Shown: positions 27,724-39,100 of the stretch, in pieces | Numbering within the stretch: the first letter of the stretch is position 1 | Layout of the letters: the number at the start of each line of letters is the position of its first letter | Source: Polyangiales bacterium | GTDB taxonomy: Bacteria; Myxococcota_A; Polyangia; Polyangiales; Polyangiaceae | DNA: 64,000 nucleotides | Assembly (NCBI GenBank): GCA_038230375.1 | Contig: JBBRNJ010000001.1 | Span: 232,929 to 296,928 of the forward strand | Direction: 5' to 3' | Position numbers and translations under genes: made by a program | The notes under the pieces: model-generated | The model's database searches: none | Seen by the model: the letters and a program-made list of their open reading frames with translations, nothing else | What the model was told of the DNA's origin: nothing

Positions 27724-29070
27724 GTGGCCGACGCGGCAAAAAACGAGCGGCCATCTGCTCCGTTTCGCAGTGCGAAATCGAGACCCGCCACCGCCGAGGA
27801 TCTCTATCTGATCCTGCTCACGGTCGCATCCTGCGGCGTGCGTCTGTGGTTTGCGTTCTGGGTGCACATTCCACGCCTCTACGTCTTCTCGGACATGGAG
27901 ATCTACTGGCACCGCGCGGCATCACTGGCGAGCGGAACGCTCACGCAGGAGACGGCGTTCACGCCGCTGGGATATCCCGCCTTTCTCGCGCTCTCAACGA
28001 CGCTCTTCGGTGCCGAGCGCTACACCGGCGCCGCCGCGGTCCAGGCGTTGCTCTCGGGGCTCGTGCCACTCCTCGTTCACCTCATCGTGAAGAAGGTGGC
28101 GTCGCGTGCGGCGGCAACGCTCGCCTCCTCGATGGCGGCGCTGCATGTCCCGCTCGTGGTCTACACGGGCTACTTCCTCACCGAGAGCCTGTTCTCGTTC
28201 TTCATCTGTCTCTTCGCGTGGCTCTGCGCCAAACATGCAGCGGATCCTCGTCGCTGGGTCGCCATCGCGGCAGGTGCGTCGTTCGCGTACGCCGCGGCGC
28301 TGCGGCCGAGCGCGCTGCTCTTCCTGGTCCTCGCCGTTCCGTGGGTCCTTCGCAACAAGGGGACCAGCCGGCCGCTTCGAGCTCCGATCCTGACGGCAGC
28401 AGGCCTCACATTCGTGCTCTGCCTTGGGGTCACCATGGCGGTGGGCCGACCGACGGCGATCGCGACGAACGGCGGTGTCAACCTGTACCTGTCGGTCTGC
28501 GAGTGCGGAGGCGTGGTCTTCACGAAGGGCCGCGAGGTCCGTGCCGTCACGGCCGCTTTCAATTTCAGGCACTACAAGGGCATGGTCACCTTCGATCGTG
28601 CGGCAGAGGACTCTTCGTTCTTCACGGGGGAGGCGCTGTCGCTCGTCGCACGTGACCCCGCGCGGCTCCTGCACAGCGGCTCGCATCTCGTCGACGGACT
28701 GGGGCTCGGCCACACCGGTGCGTTCCCGGATCAGCCTTACTGGCCCGGCCTTCCTGGCAGTGACACGCTCATGGGCGTGTATGGGCGCCTGCCCTTCGTG
28801 TTCGGTTGGGCTCCCGCGCTCGTGCTGATGGTCGTCGCGCGCGTGCGAAGGATCCCGCTGGGTACGGCCGGCGCGCTCCTCGGTCTGCTCCTCGGCTCGG
28901 TGTTGCTCGCGCTCCTCTTCTTCGCGGGGGATCCTCGCGTACGAGTCTCCATGGACCCGATCGCCCTCGCCGCCGCCGCGACCTTCCTGGATGCGCTCGC
29001 CGGTCCTCGTATTCTGCTGGCTGCACGCGGGCTCTCACGTGCCGTAGCGGCTCGCCTCGCACGCAGGTAG
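27724..29070 (+). CDS. GT-C fold (PMT-2-like) membrane glycosyltransferase
   Basis: GTG start inferred; FSDMEIY, PLGYPAFL, LTESLF, LRPS, TNGGVN, DPRVR. Confidence 0.7.
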   Translation: MADAAKNERPSAPFRSAKSRPATAEDLYLILLTVASCGVRLWFAFWVHIPRLYVFSDMEIYWHRAASLASGTLTQETAFTPLGYPAFLALSTTLFGAERYTGAAAVQALLSGLVPLLVHLIVKKVASRAAATLASSMAALHVPLVVYTGYFLTESLFSFFICLFAWLCAKHAADPRRWVAIAAGASFAYAAALRPSALLFLVLAVPWVLRNKGTSRPLRAPILTAAGLTFVLCLGVTMAVGRPTAIATNGGVNLYLSVCECGGVVFTKGREVRAVTAAFNFRHYKGMVTFDRAAEDSSFFTGEALSLVARDPARLLHSGSHLVDGLGLGHTGAFPDQPYWPGLPGSDTLMGVYGRLPFVFGWAPALVLMVVARVRRIPLGTAGALLGLLLGSVLLALLFFAGDPRVRVSMDPIALAAAATFLDALAGPRILLAARGLSRAVAARLARR

Positions 29071-29080
29071 ACTCGCCGCC

Positions 29081-31675
29081 ATGCGCGTCGACCGTCCCGT
29101 GGGAATCGATCTGGGCACCACCAACTCCGAGATCGCGCTGCTGCATCCGGCCGAGTCGCAGATCCTGCTCTACGAGGACAAGTTCGGGCGCAAGACGTTC
29201 CCGTCCGCGCTCGCCTGGGACGCGAAGGCTGACGGCGGCAACGGCGCGATGCTCGTGGGGCATCCGGCGCGCGCGAGGCGTGGCAAGGACCCGGGCCCCA
29301 TCGAGTCCATCAAGCGCAAGATGGGCCAGCGCAGCACCGTCACGGTTGGCCCGCAGGAGCTGTCGCCCGAGGAGGTGTCGTCGCGGATCCTGGCCGCGCT
29401 TCGAACCAACATGTCGGAGTTCATGGCGCAGCGCACGAGCGACGGCGTCACCATGACCGTCACGCGCGCCGTGATCACCGTGCCCGCATACTTCGATGCA
29501 CCGCAGGTGGAGGCGACGCACAAGGCGGGTGAGCTCGCCGGGCTCCTTGTACTGGGCATCCTTCAGGAGCCGACGGCCGCGGCGATCTACCACACGTGGA
29601 AGGAGAAGCTCGGCGATGGGAACTTCCTCGTCTACGACCTGGGCGGCGGCACGTTCGACGTGTCCGTTCTCCGTTGCCTTGGCGGCGAGTACCAGGTGCT
29701 CGCGATCGACGGCGACAACTTCCTCGGCGGCGACGACTTCGATCGCGCGTTCGCCACCTGGCTGAAGACGGAGCTCGAGAAGGGCGGCTACGCGCTGGAC
29801 CTCCACATCCGCGACGACGCGGACGACGCATTCCGCTTCTCGCGCCTCCGCAACCTGGCGCAGGAGATCAAGGAGCAGCTCGCAGGCAAGGACGTCGTCA
29901 GCGTGTCCAAGCAGGACTTCATGACGGACAAGAACGGCGAGAGCGTGAGCTTCGAGCGCGAGATCGGCCGCGCTGACTACGACGCCGTCGTCGCGAGCCT
30001 CGTGGAGACCACCATCACGAGCGCCGAACGCGCGCTCGGCAAGAGCCGTGAGACCGCGAACGTCGGCATCGAGGACATCGATCACATCGTGCTCGTCGGC
30101 GGCTCCACACGCCTGCCGCTCGTCATCCGTCGCGTCACGGAAGCGCTTGCAAACAAGGCCAAGAACCACACGGTCCTCCAGGACGAAGTGGACACGTGCG
30201 TGGCGCTCGGCGCTGCCGTTCACGCGGCGCAGCTCGGCGGGCTCACGCTCACCCTGGACGATTCGGCCGGAAGCCCCAGCGCCACGCTCCGTGGACCGCT
30301 CGTCGGTCAGGGAAAATCGCTCAGGCTCGCCGTGACGGTGAACGCGCCGGACAAGGTCGACTCCGTGGAGGTGCGCTCGGACGACAAGCCGGTCGCACGC
30401 GCCAAGATCGAGGACGGCGGTGCACGGCTCGACGTGCCGCTCGGCCCGGAGCAGGAGAACCGGCTGCAGCTGTTGCTCATGAGCGGCGACAAGGCCGTGG
30501 GCGAGCTTCCGTTCGCGCTCTATCGCGGCGACGCACGTCCGCGCGCATCTGCGCTCTCGCGACCATCGGTCGTCGCGAAGGACATCGCGATCGAGATCAC
30601 GCGCGCCGGCCGCATCGACCGCCGCATCCTCATCCCCGAAGGCAGCGGCCTCCCCACGTCTGCGTTGCACACGCTGTACACGGGTGATCAGAGCGGCGCC
30701 GTCGTGCTGCGCCTCTTGCAGAACCGCCTCCCCATCAAGACACTCGTGCTGGAGGTATCGAAGGACACGCCGGTGGGCACGCCCGTGTCGCTCATGCTCA
30801 CGTGCGACGAGAGCATGCGCATCGAGGCGAAGGCGGAGATCCTGGGCCAGACGCTATGGGCCAAGGTCGATCGTCCGGAGCTCACGCGGTTCGAGTCACA
30901 GGATGCCGTGGACTCCCTCCTTGCAGAAGCGGAGGCCGCGGGGCGCGTCATGTGGGGCAGCTACGGCGACTACTACCGCGTGGAGTCCAACAAGCTGCGC
31001 GCAGGCATCTCCGAGGTGCTTGCGACCGACCCCGACAAGCTCGAGGCGCTCTGTCAGCGGCTGCGCCTGCTCATCGACGAGCTCCGAGGCCGCGGCGACT
31101 CCGATCTCTCGCCGCCGTACGAGCGCTTCGAGGAGACCGTGAACGCGCTCAAGATGGTGATCTACCGCGCGCCTGATCCGCTCGGGTCCATGTCGCGCGA
31201 TCAGTGGGAGTCGCGCGTGCGCAGCCTGGAGGAGCGCGCCACCGCGGCCTTCCACGAGGGCGACGCGAGCGGCTGGCGGCGTTCGTGCAACGAAGCGCAG
31301 GCGCTCCTGGAGACCGCGCACCAGCAAGAGGTCTCGGGTCGCAAGCCGGACGATCCGGAGTATCTCCTTCGCCGCATCCAGGCCGTGAAGAGCCGCACGG
31401 GTCGGGCCGGTAAGGATCTCGCGGACGTGGTCCCGTCTGCATCGCCAGAGGTGCGCGCGTTGCAGCAGGCGGAGCAAGGACGCATCGCCACATGGCTGAA
31501 CGAGAAGATCAATCCACGCATCGAGTCGCTCAAGCCCGCCGAGGAGGGCAGCGCCGTCGCGCTCCGTCAGTCGCTCGACGATCTGAACGCGGAGCTGCAC
31601 CGCGTGGAGCTCGCGATCGAGCGATTGCCGAGCATCGGCCTTGTCACTGAAGCCTCCGGCGGCCGCAAGGCCTGA
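29081..31675 (+). CDS. Atypical Hsp70/DnaK-family protein, 864 aa
   Basis: GIDLGTTNS, VITVPAYF, EPTAAA, YDLGGGTFDVS, LGGDDFD, LVGGSTRLP. The C-terminal half is not DnaK-like. Confidence 0.9.
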   Translation: MRVDRPVGIDLGTTNSEIALLHPAESQILLYEDKFGRKTFPSALAWDAKADGGNGAMLVGHPARARRGKDPGPIESIKRKMGQRSTVTVGPQELSPEEVSSRILAALRTNMSEFMAQRTSDGVTMTVTRAVITVPAYFDAPQVEATHKAGELAGLLVLGILQEPTAAAIYHTWKEKLGDGNFLVYDLGGGTFDVSVLRCLGGEYQVLAIDGDNFLGGDDFDRAFATWLKTELEKGGYALDLHIRDDADDAFRFSRLRNLAQEIKEQLAGKDVVSVSKQDFMTDKNGESVSFEREIGRADYDAVVASLVETTITSAERALGKSRETANVGIEDIDHIVLVGGSTRLPLVIRRVTEALANKAKNHTVLQDEVDTCVALGAAVHAAQLGGLTLTLDDSAGSPSATLRGPLVGQGKSLRLAVTVNAPDKVDSVEVRSDDKPVARAKIEDGGARLDVPLGPEQENRLQLLLMSGDKAVGELPFALYRGDARPRASALSRPSVVAKDIAIEITRAGRIDRRILIPEGSGLPTSALHTLYTGDQSGAVVLRLLQNRLPIKTLVLEVSKDTPVGTPVSLMLTCDESMRIEAKAEILGQTLWAKVDRPELTRFESQDAVDSLLAEAEAAGRVMWGSYGDYYRVESNKLRAGISEVLATDPDKLEALCQRLRLLIDELRGRGDSDLSPPYERFEETVNALKMVIYRAPDPLGSMSRDQWESRVRSLEERATAAFHEGDASGWRRSCNEAQALLETAHQQEVSGRKPDDPEYLLRRIQAVKSRTGRAGKDLADVVPSASPEVRALQQAEQGRIATWLNEKINPRIESLKPAEEGSAVALRQSLDDLNAELHRVELAIERLPSIGLVTEASGGRKA

Positions 31676-33111
31676 TGGCCGGACTCCTCGACTCGATCGC
31701 GCTCGCCGCGGCAGAGAAGATCTGGCGCACCGCTGGACCCAGGGCCGGCATGCTCGCGTACCGGAACCTGCTCTCGCAGGACTCGGACACGACGCGCGCG
31801 CAGGCGATCCTCCGCGGCATCGACTGCGCCATGGAAGCAGGCGACGAGCAGGCCGCGTTCTCGTTCGCGGAATCGTGGGGCTTCGTGCGCACCGGCGACC
31901 TGGCCGAGGACGTCGTCGTGTCCGCGGCGCGGCTGGAGGCGCGCGGATTCCAGCGTACGTGCCACCTCATCCTGGTCCGCGAGCACGAGCGAAAGCACGA
32001 CCCGCGCGTGGGCTATGCGCTCGGCAGGGTCTGCCAGCGGCGCGGTCTGCCTGGCGATGCGCTGGCTGCGTTCACGTCGTGCATCGAGTCGAAGGGCGCG
32101 GCGAAGTCCATTCGGGACAGCGAGAAGCTGTTCGCTGCGGCGAGCCTCGAGGTCGCACGTGCACGCGCACGCGAGCCCGAGACGGCCGCATCCGCGACCG
32201 AGCTCGTGAAGAGCATCGACCCCGCGCTGCTCGTGCCGCGAAAAAAGATGCAACATGCACGCTTGCTCCTCGCATCCAAGAGCCGCTTCGAACGCGCAGG
32301 CGCGCTCTCCGCGCTCGCAGAGGTGGCCCGGCAGACGCCGGCGCTCGCGGCGGTGGCCGCGCAGATCGCTGCAGCGCATGCGGACCGCATGGGCCACGCG
32401 CTGACGCCGCTCGAGGCGGACCGCGTGGTGGCCGCGCTCGCCTCGTACACGGTGCCTGCGTCCGTCGCGCTGGCGCGCAAGCGGCTGGAGTCGCTGCGCA
32501 ACGACGTGGGCGTCGTGGCCGCACTGGCAGAGGAGCGGCGCATCATGGACGATCCGGAGCTCGCGCCCCTGGTGGTGAAGGCGAAGGCTGTCCTCGCCGG
32601 TGGCTCCGGACCCGATGCCGCCGCCCGCGCGGATGCGAGCGCCGCGCTGCTGCTGACGGACCTTTCGCTCGCGGCGATCGCTGAGCACGGACGCGGCGCG
32701 CTGCGCGTCACCCGCCTGCGAGAGGTGCTCGCACTCGCCGCCGGTGACGTGCGTCCCTTCCCGCGGAGCGCACTGACCCTCGCCATGCTCGCCCTTGGCA
32801 GCGACGATCGCTCGCTCCATCCGGAGGCCGCCACCCTAGCGGCACGCGCCATCGCGCTGGGTGCGGCGAGCCCGCGCGGTCTCTTGCCCATTGCCGCGCT
32901 GCTCGTCGCTCGGGGGGAAGATCTCGCCGCCGACCGAGCGCTCCGGCTTGCGGCCCAGCGCGACGAGCCTGGTGCTGACGATCGGCTCATGGACCTTCTC
33001 TGCCATCGCGGACGGCGCGCGCTGGCGAGCGGAGACCGTGTAACCGCCCTTGCCTGCCTTTCGGAGGCACGGGGCCGTCACTTATCGAAGCAGGGTGCCC
33101 CCCAGCGGTAA
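31675..33111 (+). CDS. Ala/Leu-rich helical (TPR-like) hypothetical protein
   Basis: ATG overlaps the Hsp70 stop (TGATG); TPR-like YALGRVCQRRG..DALAAFTSCI. Confidence 0.65.
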   Translation: MAGLLDSIALAAAEKIWRTAGPRAGMLAYRNLLSQDSDTTRAQAILRGIDCAMEAGDEQAAFSFAESWGFVRTGDLAEDVVVSAARLEARGFQRTCHLILVREHERKHDPRVGYALGRVCQRRGLPGDALAAFTSCIESKGAAKSIRDSEKLFAAASLEVARARAREPETAASATELVKSIDPALLVPRKKMQHARLLLASKSRFERAGALSALAEVARQTPALAAVAAQIAAAHADRMGHALTPLEADRVVAALASYTVPASVALARKRLESLRNDVGVVAALAEERRIMDDPELAPLVVKAKAVLAGGSGPDAAARADASAALLLTDLSLAAIAEHGRGALRVTRLREVLALAAGDVRPFPRSALTLAMLALGSDDRSLHPEAATLAARAIALGAASPRGLLPIAALLVARGEDLAADRALRLAAQRDEPGADDRLMDLLCHRGRRALASGDRVTALACLSEARGRHLSKQGAPQR

Positions 33112-33196
33112 ATCCCGCCGATTTCCGTTCCATTCTGGGTGCTTCTGTCATCCATCAAATGAATGTACGCTGGACGTCCCGAGCGCCCGTCCGACG

Positions 33197-36100
33197 ATGC
33201 AGCCGCCCCAGAATCCGAAGCCACGCGCAGGTTCACCAGCCGCGCTGCCGACTTTCGACGCTCCCCTCCAGGCCGAGGAGGACATCCTCGAACAGCTGGT
33301 CACGGCCCTCTCGCGCGGGCAGCTCCCCGAGGACACCTGGGGTCGTCTCCACGAGGCGGCGCGCCGTGACGATCGCCTGAGCGAGCTCGCGTTCGCCTAC
33401 GAGTCCGTCTCCCAGGGGAAGCGCATCAAGACGCTCCTCCCCGCCGCCCTTGCCGAGTTCTACTTCCGCGCGGCACAGTTCTTCGGAGACGTCTTCGGCG
33501 ACGACGTGGGCGCCACCGCGTATCTGGAGCGCGCCATCGTTGCCGCCCCGAACCATCAGGGCGCGTTCGACGCACTGGATACGCTCTTCACGAACGCCGA
33601 CGCCAACAAGAAGCTCGCCGATCTGTGCGCGTCCGTGGCGCCGCACAAACCCAAGTCCGACCAGGCAGTGCTCTGGAAGCGCGCCGCCATCCTGTACGAG
33701 CGCGCGCAGATGGACGACAAGGCCATCGAGATGTACCAGGCGCTCCTTCGCGCCGAGCCGAGCAGCGCAACGGCGCGCGACGCGCTCGAAGCCCGGTATG
33801 TGCACGCGAACCGCTACAGGGACGTGGCTCGGCTGCTCGAGACCACGCTGGCCGCGGACCCGGATCCCGACCCGGAGGACGCGCTCAAGGTGCGCGGCCG
33901 GCTGATCGACGTGTACGCGAACCAGCTTCAGGAGCCGGAGCGGACGATCGGTCACGTGGAGGCAGTGCTTGCGGCAGATCCCACGCACGAAGGCGCGCTG
34001 CGCATGGGGGAGCGGCTCCTCACCGTGAAGGCGCTCGCGGCGCGCGCGGCGGCGGCCCTCGGTGGAGCCGTGATCGCCATGGGCCGCGCCGAGGACGCGA
34101 TCCCGTACATCGAGGTCGAGCTCGAGAACATCCGTGGCCCCAAGCGCAAGGAGCCACTCAAGCGGCTCGGCTTCATCAAGAAGGACACGCTCGACGACAA
34201 GCCGGGCGCGTACGAGTCGTTCGAGGCCGTCCTTGGCATCGACCCATCCGACGACGAGGTGCGGCAGGCGTTCTTCGACCTTGCGGTGGAGCTCTCCAAG
34301 GCGTCGGATGCTGCGCGCACACTTGGTCGCGTCCTCACCATGGCGAAGGACGCGCCAGCGCGCTCCAAGATCTCCGCCGAGATGGCCGACCTCTTGCGCA
34401 TCTCTGGCGACGCCAAGCGCGCACGCGCCACGCATGCAGGTGTGATCGCGCTCGCGGGCGCAGCGCCCGAGGCGCTCCTCAGGTCCGCGCGCGCGCTCGC
34501 AGAGCTGTTCGAGGCCGAGGGTGATCAGCGTGCACTCGCCGAGATGCTGGAGAAGGTGGGCGGACTGTCCGCGGATCCAGAGGAGCGCCTGCGCACCAAC
34601 GAGCGCCTCGCGGAGCTCGCGACGGGACCGCTCGCGGACACCACGAAGGCGATCGCGGCGTGGCGAAACCTGGTCGACTCCACCGCACGACCCCGCGCGC
34701 TCGCAGCGCTCGAGCCGCTCTACACGCAGGCCGAGAACTGGGCCGAGCTCGCGTTCGTCCTGGGCGAGCGAAGCAAGGACGCCACGGACGAGGACGAGTC
34801 CCGCGAGCTGGCCATGCGTGCCGCGGACATGTTCGCGCAGAAGACGCCGGAGAAGGAGCGCGCCACCGGCATCCTCCTCGACCTCCTCGGTCGCCTCGGC
34901 CCGAACCGTGAGGTCAACGCGCGGCTTGCGCCGCTGCTCGAGGCGCAGAAGCGCTGGGACGACCTGGCGATGATCCTGCAAGCCGAAGCGAGGCTCGGCG
35001 ACGATCGCGAAGGCGCACTTTCGCTCGCGCGCCTTGGCGCCGTACGTGCAACGCGCCTCTCGGACGTCCCCGGCTCGATCACGGCGTACCGCGAAGCGCT
35101 CGATCGCGATCCGTCGGAAAAGACGAGCCGCGCAGCGCTCGAGCGGCTCCTCACGAGCAACGACCACAAGATGGATGTGGCCGACGTGCTCGAGCCCGTC
35201 TACCGCGCGGACCTCCTTCGCGGAGACACGCACGCCACGAACGGCCTCCTCAAGATCCTCGAGCTCCGCGCCGACAGCCAGGCCATCGTCAGCGATCGCC
35301 TGGAAGCGCTGGGTGAGGCCGTGAGCATCGCGGAGAAGGTGTCGCCCGAGCGCGCACTGGAGCTCGCGGGCCGCGCCCTGCTCGAGGCCGTCGCCTCCGA
35401 TGAGGCCGTGGAACAATGGCTTCATCGCACCGTCGCGGTCGCGGAGCGCGGCGTGGAGCCAAAGCGCCTTGCCGCTGTACTGTCCGCCGCGATCGGCGTG
35501 AAGGCGATCGAGACGCCACAAGAGCTCATGGTCGTCACGCGCGCGGCAGAGGCACACGCCGCCGCTGGCGAAGTGGGTCCAGCACTCACGCTGTATCGCA
35601 AGGCGCTCGCGTTCGCACCGCAGTCGGCAGACCTGGTGTCCCGCGTGGACGAGCTGCTGCAGGAGCAGGGCAATCCGCAGGAGCGCGTGACGCTCTATCG
35701 CCACGCGCTCGAGCAGGGCGTGGAGCCCGCGCGGCGCAAGCAGCTCCTCGTCGCCATTGGCACGATCGAGCGCTCCGAGCTCGGAAACAAGCCGGCCGCG
35801 GTGCAGGCCTTCCGCGCGGTGCTCGGCCAGGATCCAGCGGACCGCGCGGCATACAAGGCGCTCACCGAGCTCTATGCGGAGCTCGAGCAGTGGGAGACGC
35901 TCTGCGATCTGTACGAAGACCACCTGGAGCACGCCGACGAGGACGACGGGCGCATCACCCGCGCCGACCTCGCCCTCACCTCCGCGCTGCACGACCAGAC
36001 CGATCGCGCCATCATGCACGCGTTCGCGCTGCTCAAGGATCCCCAGCTGGACGACGCCGGCTTCGGCACCGTCGCGAAGGTGGCCGATCACCTGAAGGAT

Positions 36101-39100
36101 GCAGAGCTGCAGCGCGCCGTCCTGGAGCGCGTCGTCGCGGTTGGCAGCGATCCGCTCGATCGGATCGACGCACTCGAGCGCCTCGGCGACCTGGCGCTCA
36201 CGCGCAATACGCCCGAGCGAGGGCGCGCGCAGGCAATGGAGCACTGGAAGCAAGCAGCCGACACGGCCCTTGGCATGAGCCAGGACGCCCGCGCGAGGGA
36301 GCTGTTCGAGCGCGCGCAGAAGCTGGAGCCGAACGACCTCGAGATCGCTCGGGCGCTGGTCGCGATCCTGTCGCGCTACGAGGAATGGGCCGAGATCCTT
36401 CCCCTCTACGACGTGCTCCTTGCACACGCGCCGTCGCCGCGCGCGAAGGTCGACCTCCTGGTCACAGTGGTCGGCATCCGTGAAGAGCGCCTGTCCGATC
36501 CGGCCGGCGCGCTGGACTCCGCTGCCCTCGCGTTCTCGCTCGCGCCCACGGACCACAACGTCCTGCTCATGTTCGAGCGCGTGGCGGGCCAGGCCAGCGC
36601 GCTCGCGCGATTCGCAAAGGAGCTCGATCAAGCGCTCGATCACGGGCTGGACGCGCATACCGCTTCCGAGGTCCGCCTTGCGAAGGCGCGCGTGCTGGCC
36701 CGCGACCCTCAGTTCCGCGACGCCGTCATCGAGACCTACCGCCGCATCCTCGAGACCCCAGGCACCGACGACTCGCGCGTCGAAGCGGCGGCCACGGCTC
36801 TCGAGGAGATGCTCGACACGCCCAAGGCGGGGCTCGAGAAATCCACGCGGCGCTGGCTGTCGGAGTGGAAGGTCGGGCGGGCAGCGGAAGACGCGAAGGC
36901 CGCAGCGCTCCTCACCTGGGGAGCGGTCGAAGAGACCGTCCTTGGCGACGCGCGGCGTGCACTCGACGTGTACCGGCGGGCGCTCTCGCTCGATCCGCAG
37001 AACGTGGACGCCACGGCTGCGATCGCCCGATTGTCGATCGCCCAGGGTGACGTGGATGGCGCCGTGGTCGCGCTCGTCGCGCAGCGCGAGCTCCTGGAAG
37101 GCTCCGCAAAGAGCGGCGTCGAGCTGGAGCTCGCGACGATCCTCCTCGATCGTCAGGAGCGCGCGCAGGAGGCCATGGCGTACGTGGCGGACGTCGTGGA
37201 GCGCAGCCCTGGAGATACGCGGGCGCTGGGTCTCGCGGCGCGTCTGCTGGGTCATCGCGACACGCGCGCACGCGCGGTGGAGGTCCTCGAGCGCGCGCTG
37301 GATGGCGCCGAGGATCCGGAAGCGCGGGCGTCCATCCTGGAGAAGCTCGTCGGCAGCGAGGTCGTCGTCGCCGAGGACACGCGCTTCGAGTGGTACGAGC
37401 GCCTGATCTCGCTTCGCAAGGAGGGCGGGAAGAACGCGGATGCTTTCACCGCCGTGCTCGCCGCCGCGCGCGCCATGCCCACGCGCATGACCCTGTGGGA
37501 TCAGGCCGAGGAGCTCGCCCGTCAGCTGGAGTCGCCCGATCCCGTCGCGGAGCTCTACGAGCACGCGCTCAGCGTGGTCGAGGATCGCGCGCAGGCGCTC
37601 GAGTTCGGCCAGCGCGCTGTCGCCTTCTACGAGGAGTGGTACGAGGCATCCGATCGCGTCGTCACGATCCTGAAGCGGGTCCTGGAGATCGACCCGTCCG
37701 ACCTGTGGGCATTCGATCGTCTGAAGCTCGTGTTCGACGCCGGGGAGCGCTGGAACGATCTCTTCGAGCTCTACGATCGCGCGATCGCCGCCGCCGCCGA
37801 TGATGCAACGAAGGTGCAGCTGCTGGAGGACGTCGCGCAGATCGCGAAGGACTTCGCCAACAGCGCTGACCGCTCCATCAGCTACTTCGAGCAACTGTTG
37901 GCGCTGAAGCCCGGCAACGTTCGCCTCTCCGCTGCGCTCGAGCGCCTGTACGAGAAGAATTCGCGCCCGCGCGAGCTCATCGCGCTGCTGTCGGCACGCA
38001 TCGCGGACCTGGAGCCGGTCGCTGCGCAGGAGGCACGCGCCAAGATCGCGAAGATCTGGCTCGACGATGTCGGTGATGCGACCAGCGCGCTCGGTGTCGT
38101 AGAGGACATCGTCCTTCGCTCGCAGGACGCGGAGAGCAAGGACGCCAAGGTCGATGTGATCGCGCTGCTCGAGCGGACGCTCGCGGTTGCGCCGATCCAG
38201 GCGGAGGCCGCGTCGGCGGATTCGCTGCAGCCAGCACGGACCGAATCGGCCCCCGGCCAGGCTCGAAGGGAGAGCTTGCCCCCGATGGTGAGCCCCAAGC
38301 GTCCGCTGGTCCGCCAGCGCGCCGCCGCCCTCCTCAAGGAGAAGTACGCCGTGCAAGGCCGCGAGGCCGACCTTGCGCGCATGCTCGAGGTCGAGCTCGA
38401 GGCGATCAAGTCGCCGAAGGAGCGCATCCGCCGCCATCTGCAGCTGGCAGAGGTGTACGAGGTGCTCGCCCAGGACGAGCGCGCGCTCGCACATCGCATC
38501 GACCTCGTGCTCCTGGATCCCGAGTCCGAGGAGTACCAGTCGAAGCTAGCGGCGCTGTCGCGATCGCTCGGCAAGCTGGAAGAGTACGCCGCCGTCCTCG
38601 TGAAGGCCGGCGAGGCCACGGACAGCGAAGAGCTTCGCGTGGACATGTTCATGCGCGCGGCCGCCGTCCTGGCGGAGCGCGTGGAGGATCGCGACCGCGC
38701 GATCGAGCTCATGTTCCGCGTGCTGGGTACGCCGCAGATCACCGAAGGCCGTCTCCTGGAGGCGTGCCGGTTCATCGAGCCGCTGCTCTTCGCAGCGGAG
38801 CGCAAGCACGAGCGACTCGAGGTGCTCGAGCGCCTCAGCGTGCTCGAGAGCGACTTCACCGTGAAGGCGAAGGTCCTGGGCGAGGCCGCGCGCCTGGCCA
38901 CGGAGCTGGGCGACTTCGATCGCGGCATCTGGGCGTGGGAAGGCCGCCTGGAGATCGAGCAGAACGACGTCGAGGCTCTGTCCGGTCTGGTCGATCTCTT
39001 CGAGCGCACGACCAAATGGCGCGAGATGATCCTCGCCCGGAAGCGGCGCGCCGCGGCGGACGTGCCCGAGGCCGAGAAGCGTGCAGATCGCATGCGTGTG

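Noticed and set aside
33233..38494. 1753-aa minus-strand ORF, and other long antisense ORFs such as 50992-53919, 39191-41113, 28769-30670 and 1969-4269
   Set aside because: Shadow ORFs opposite well-supported genes, expected from high GC3 codon bias, with no recognisable motifs.
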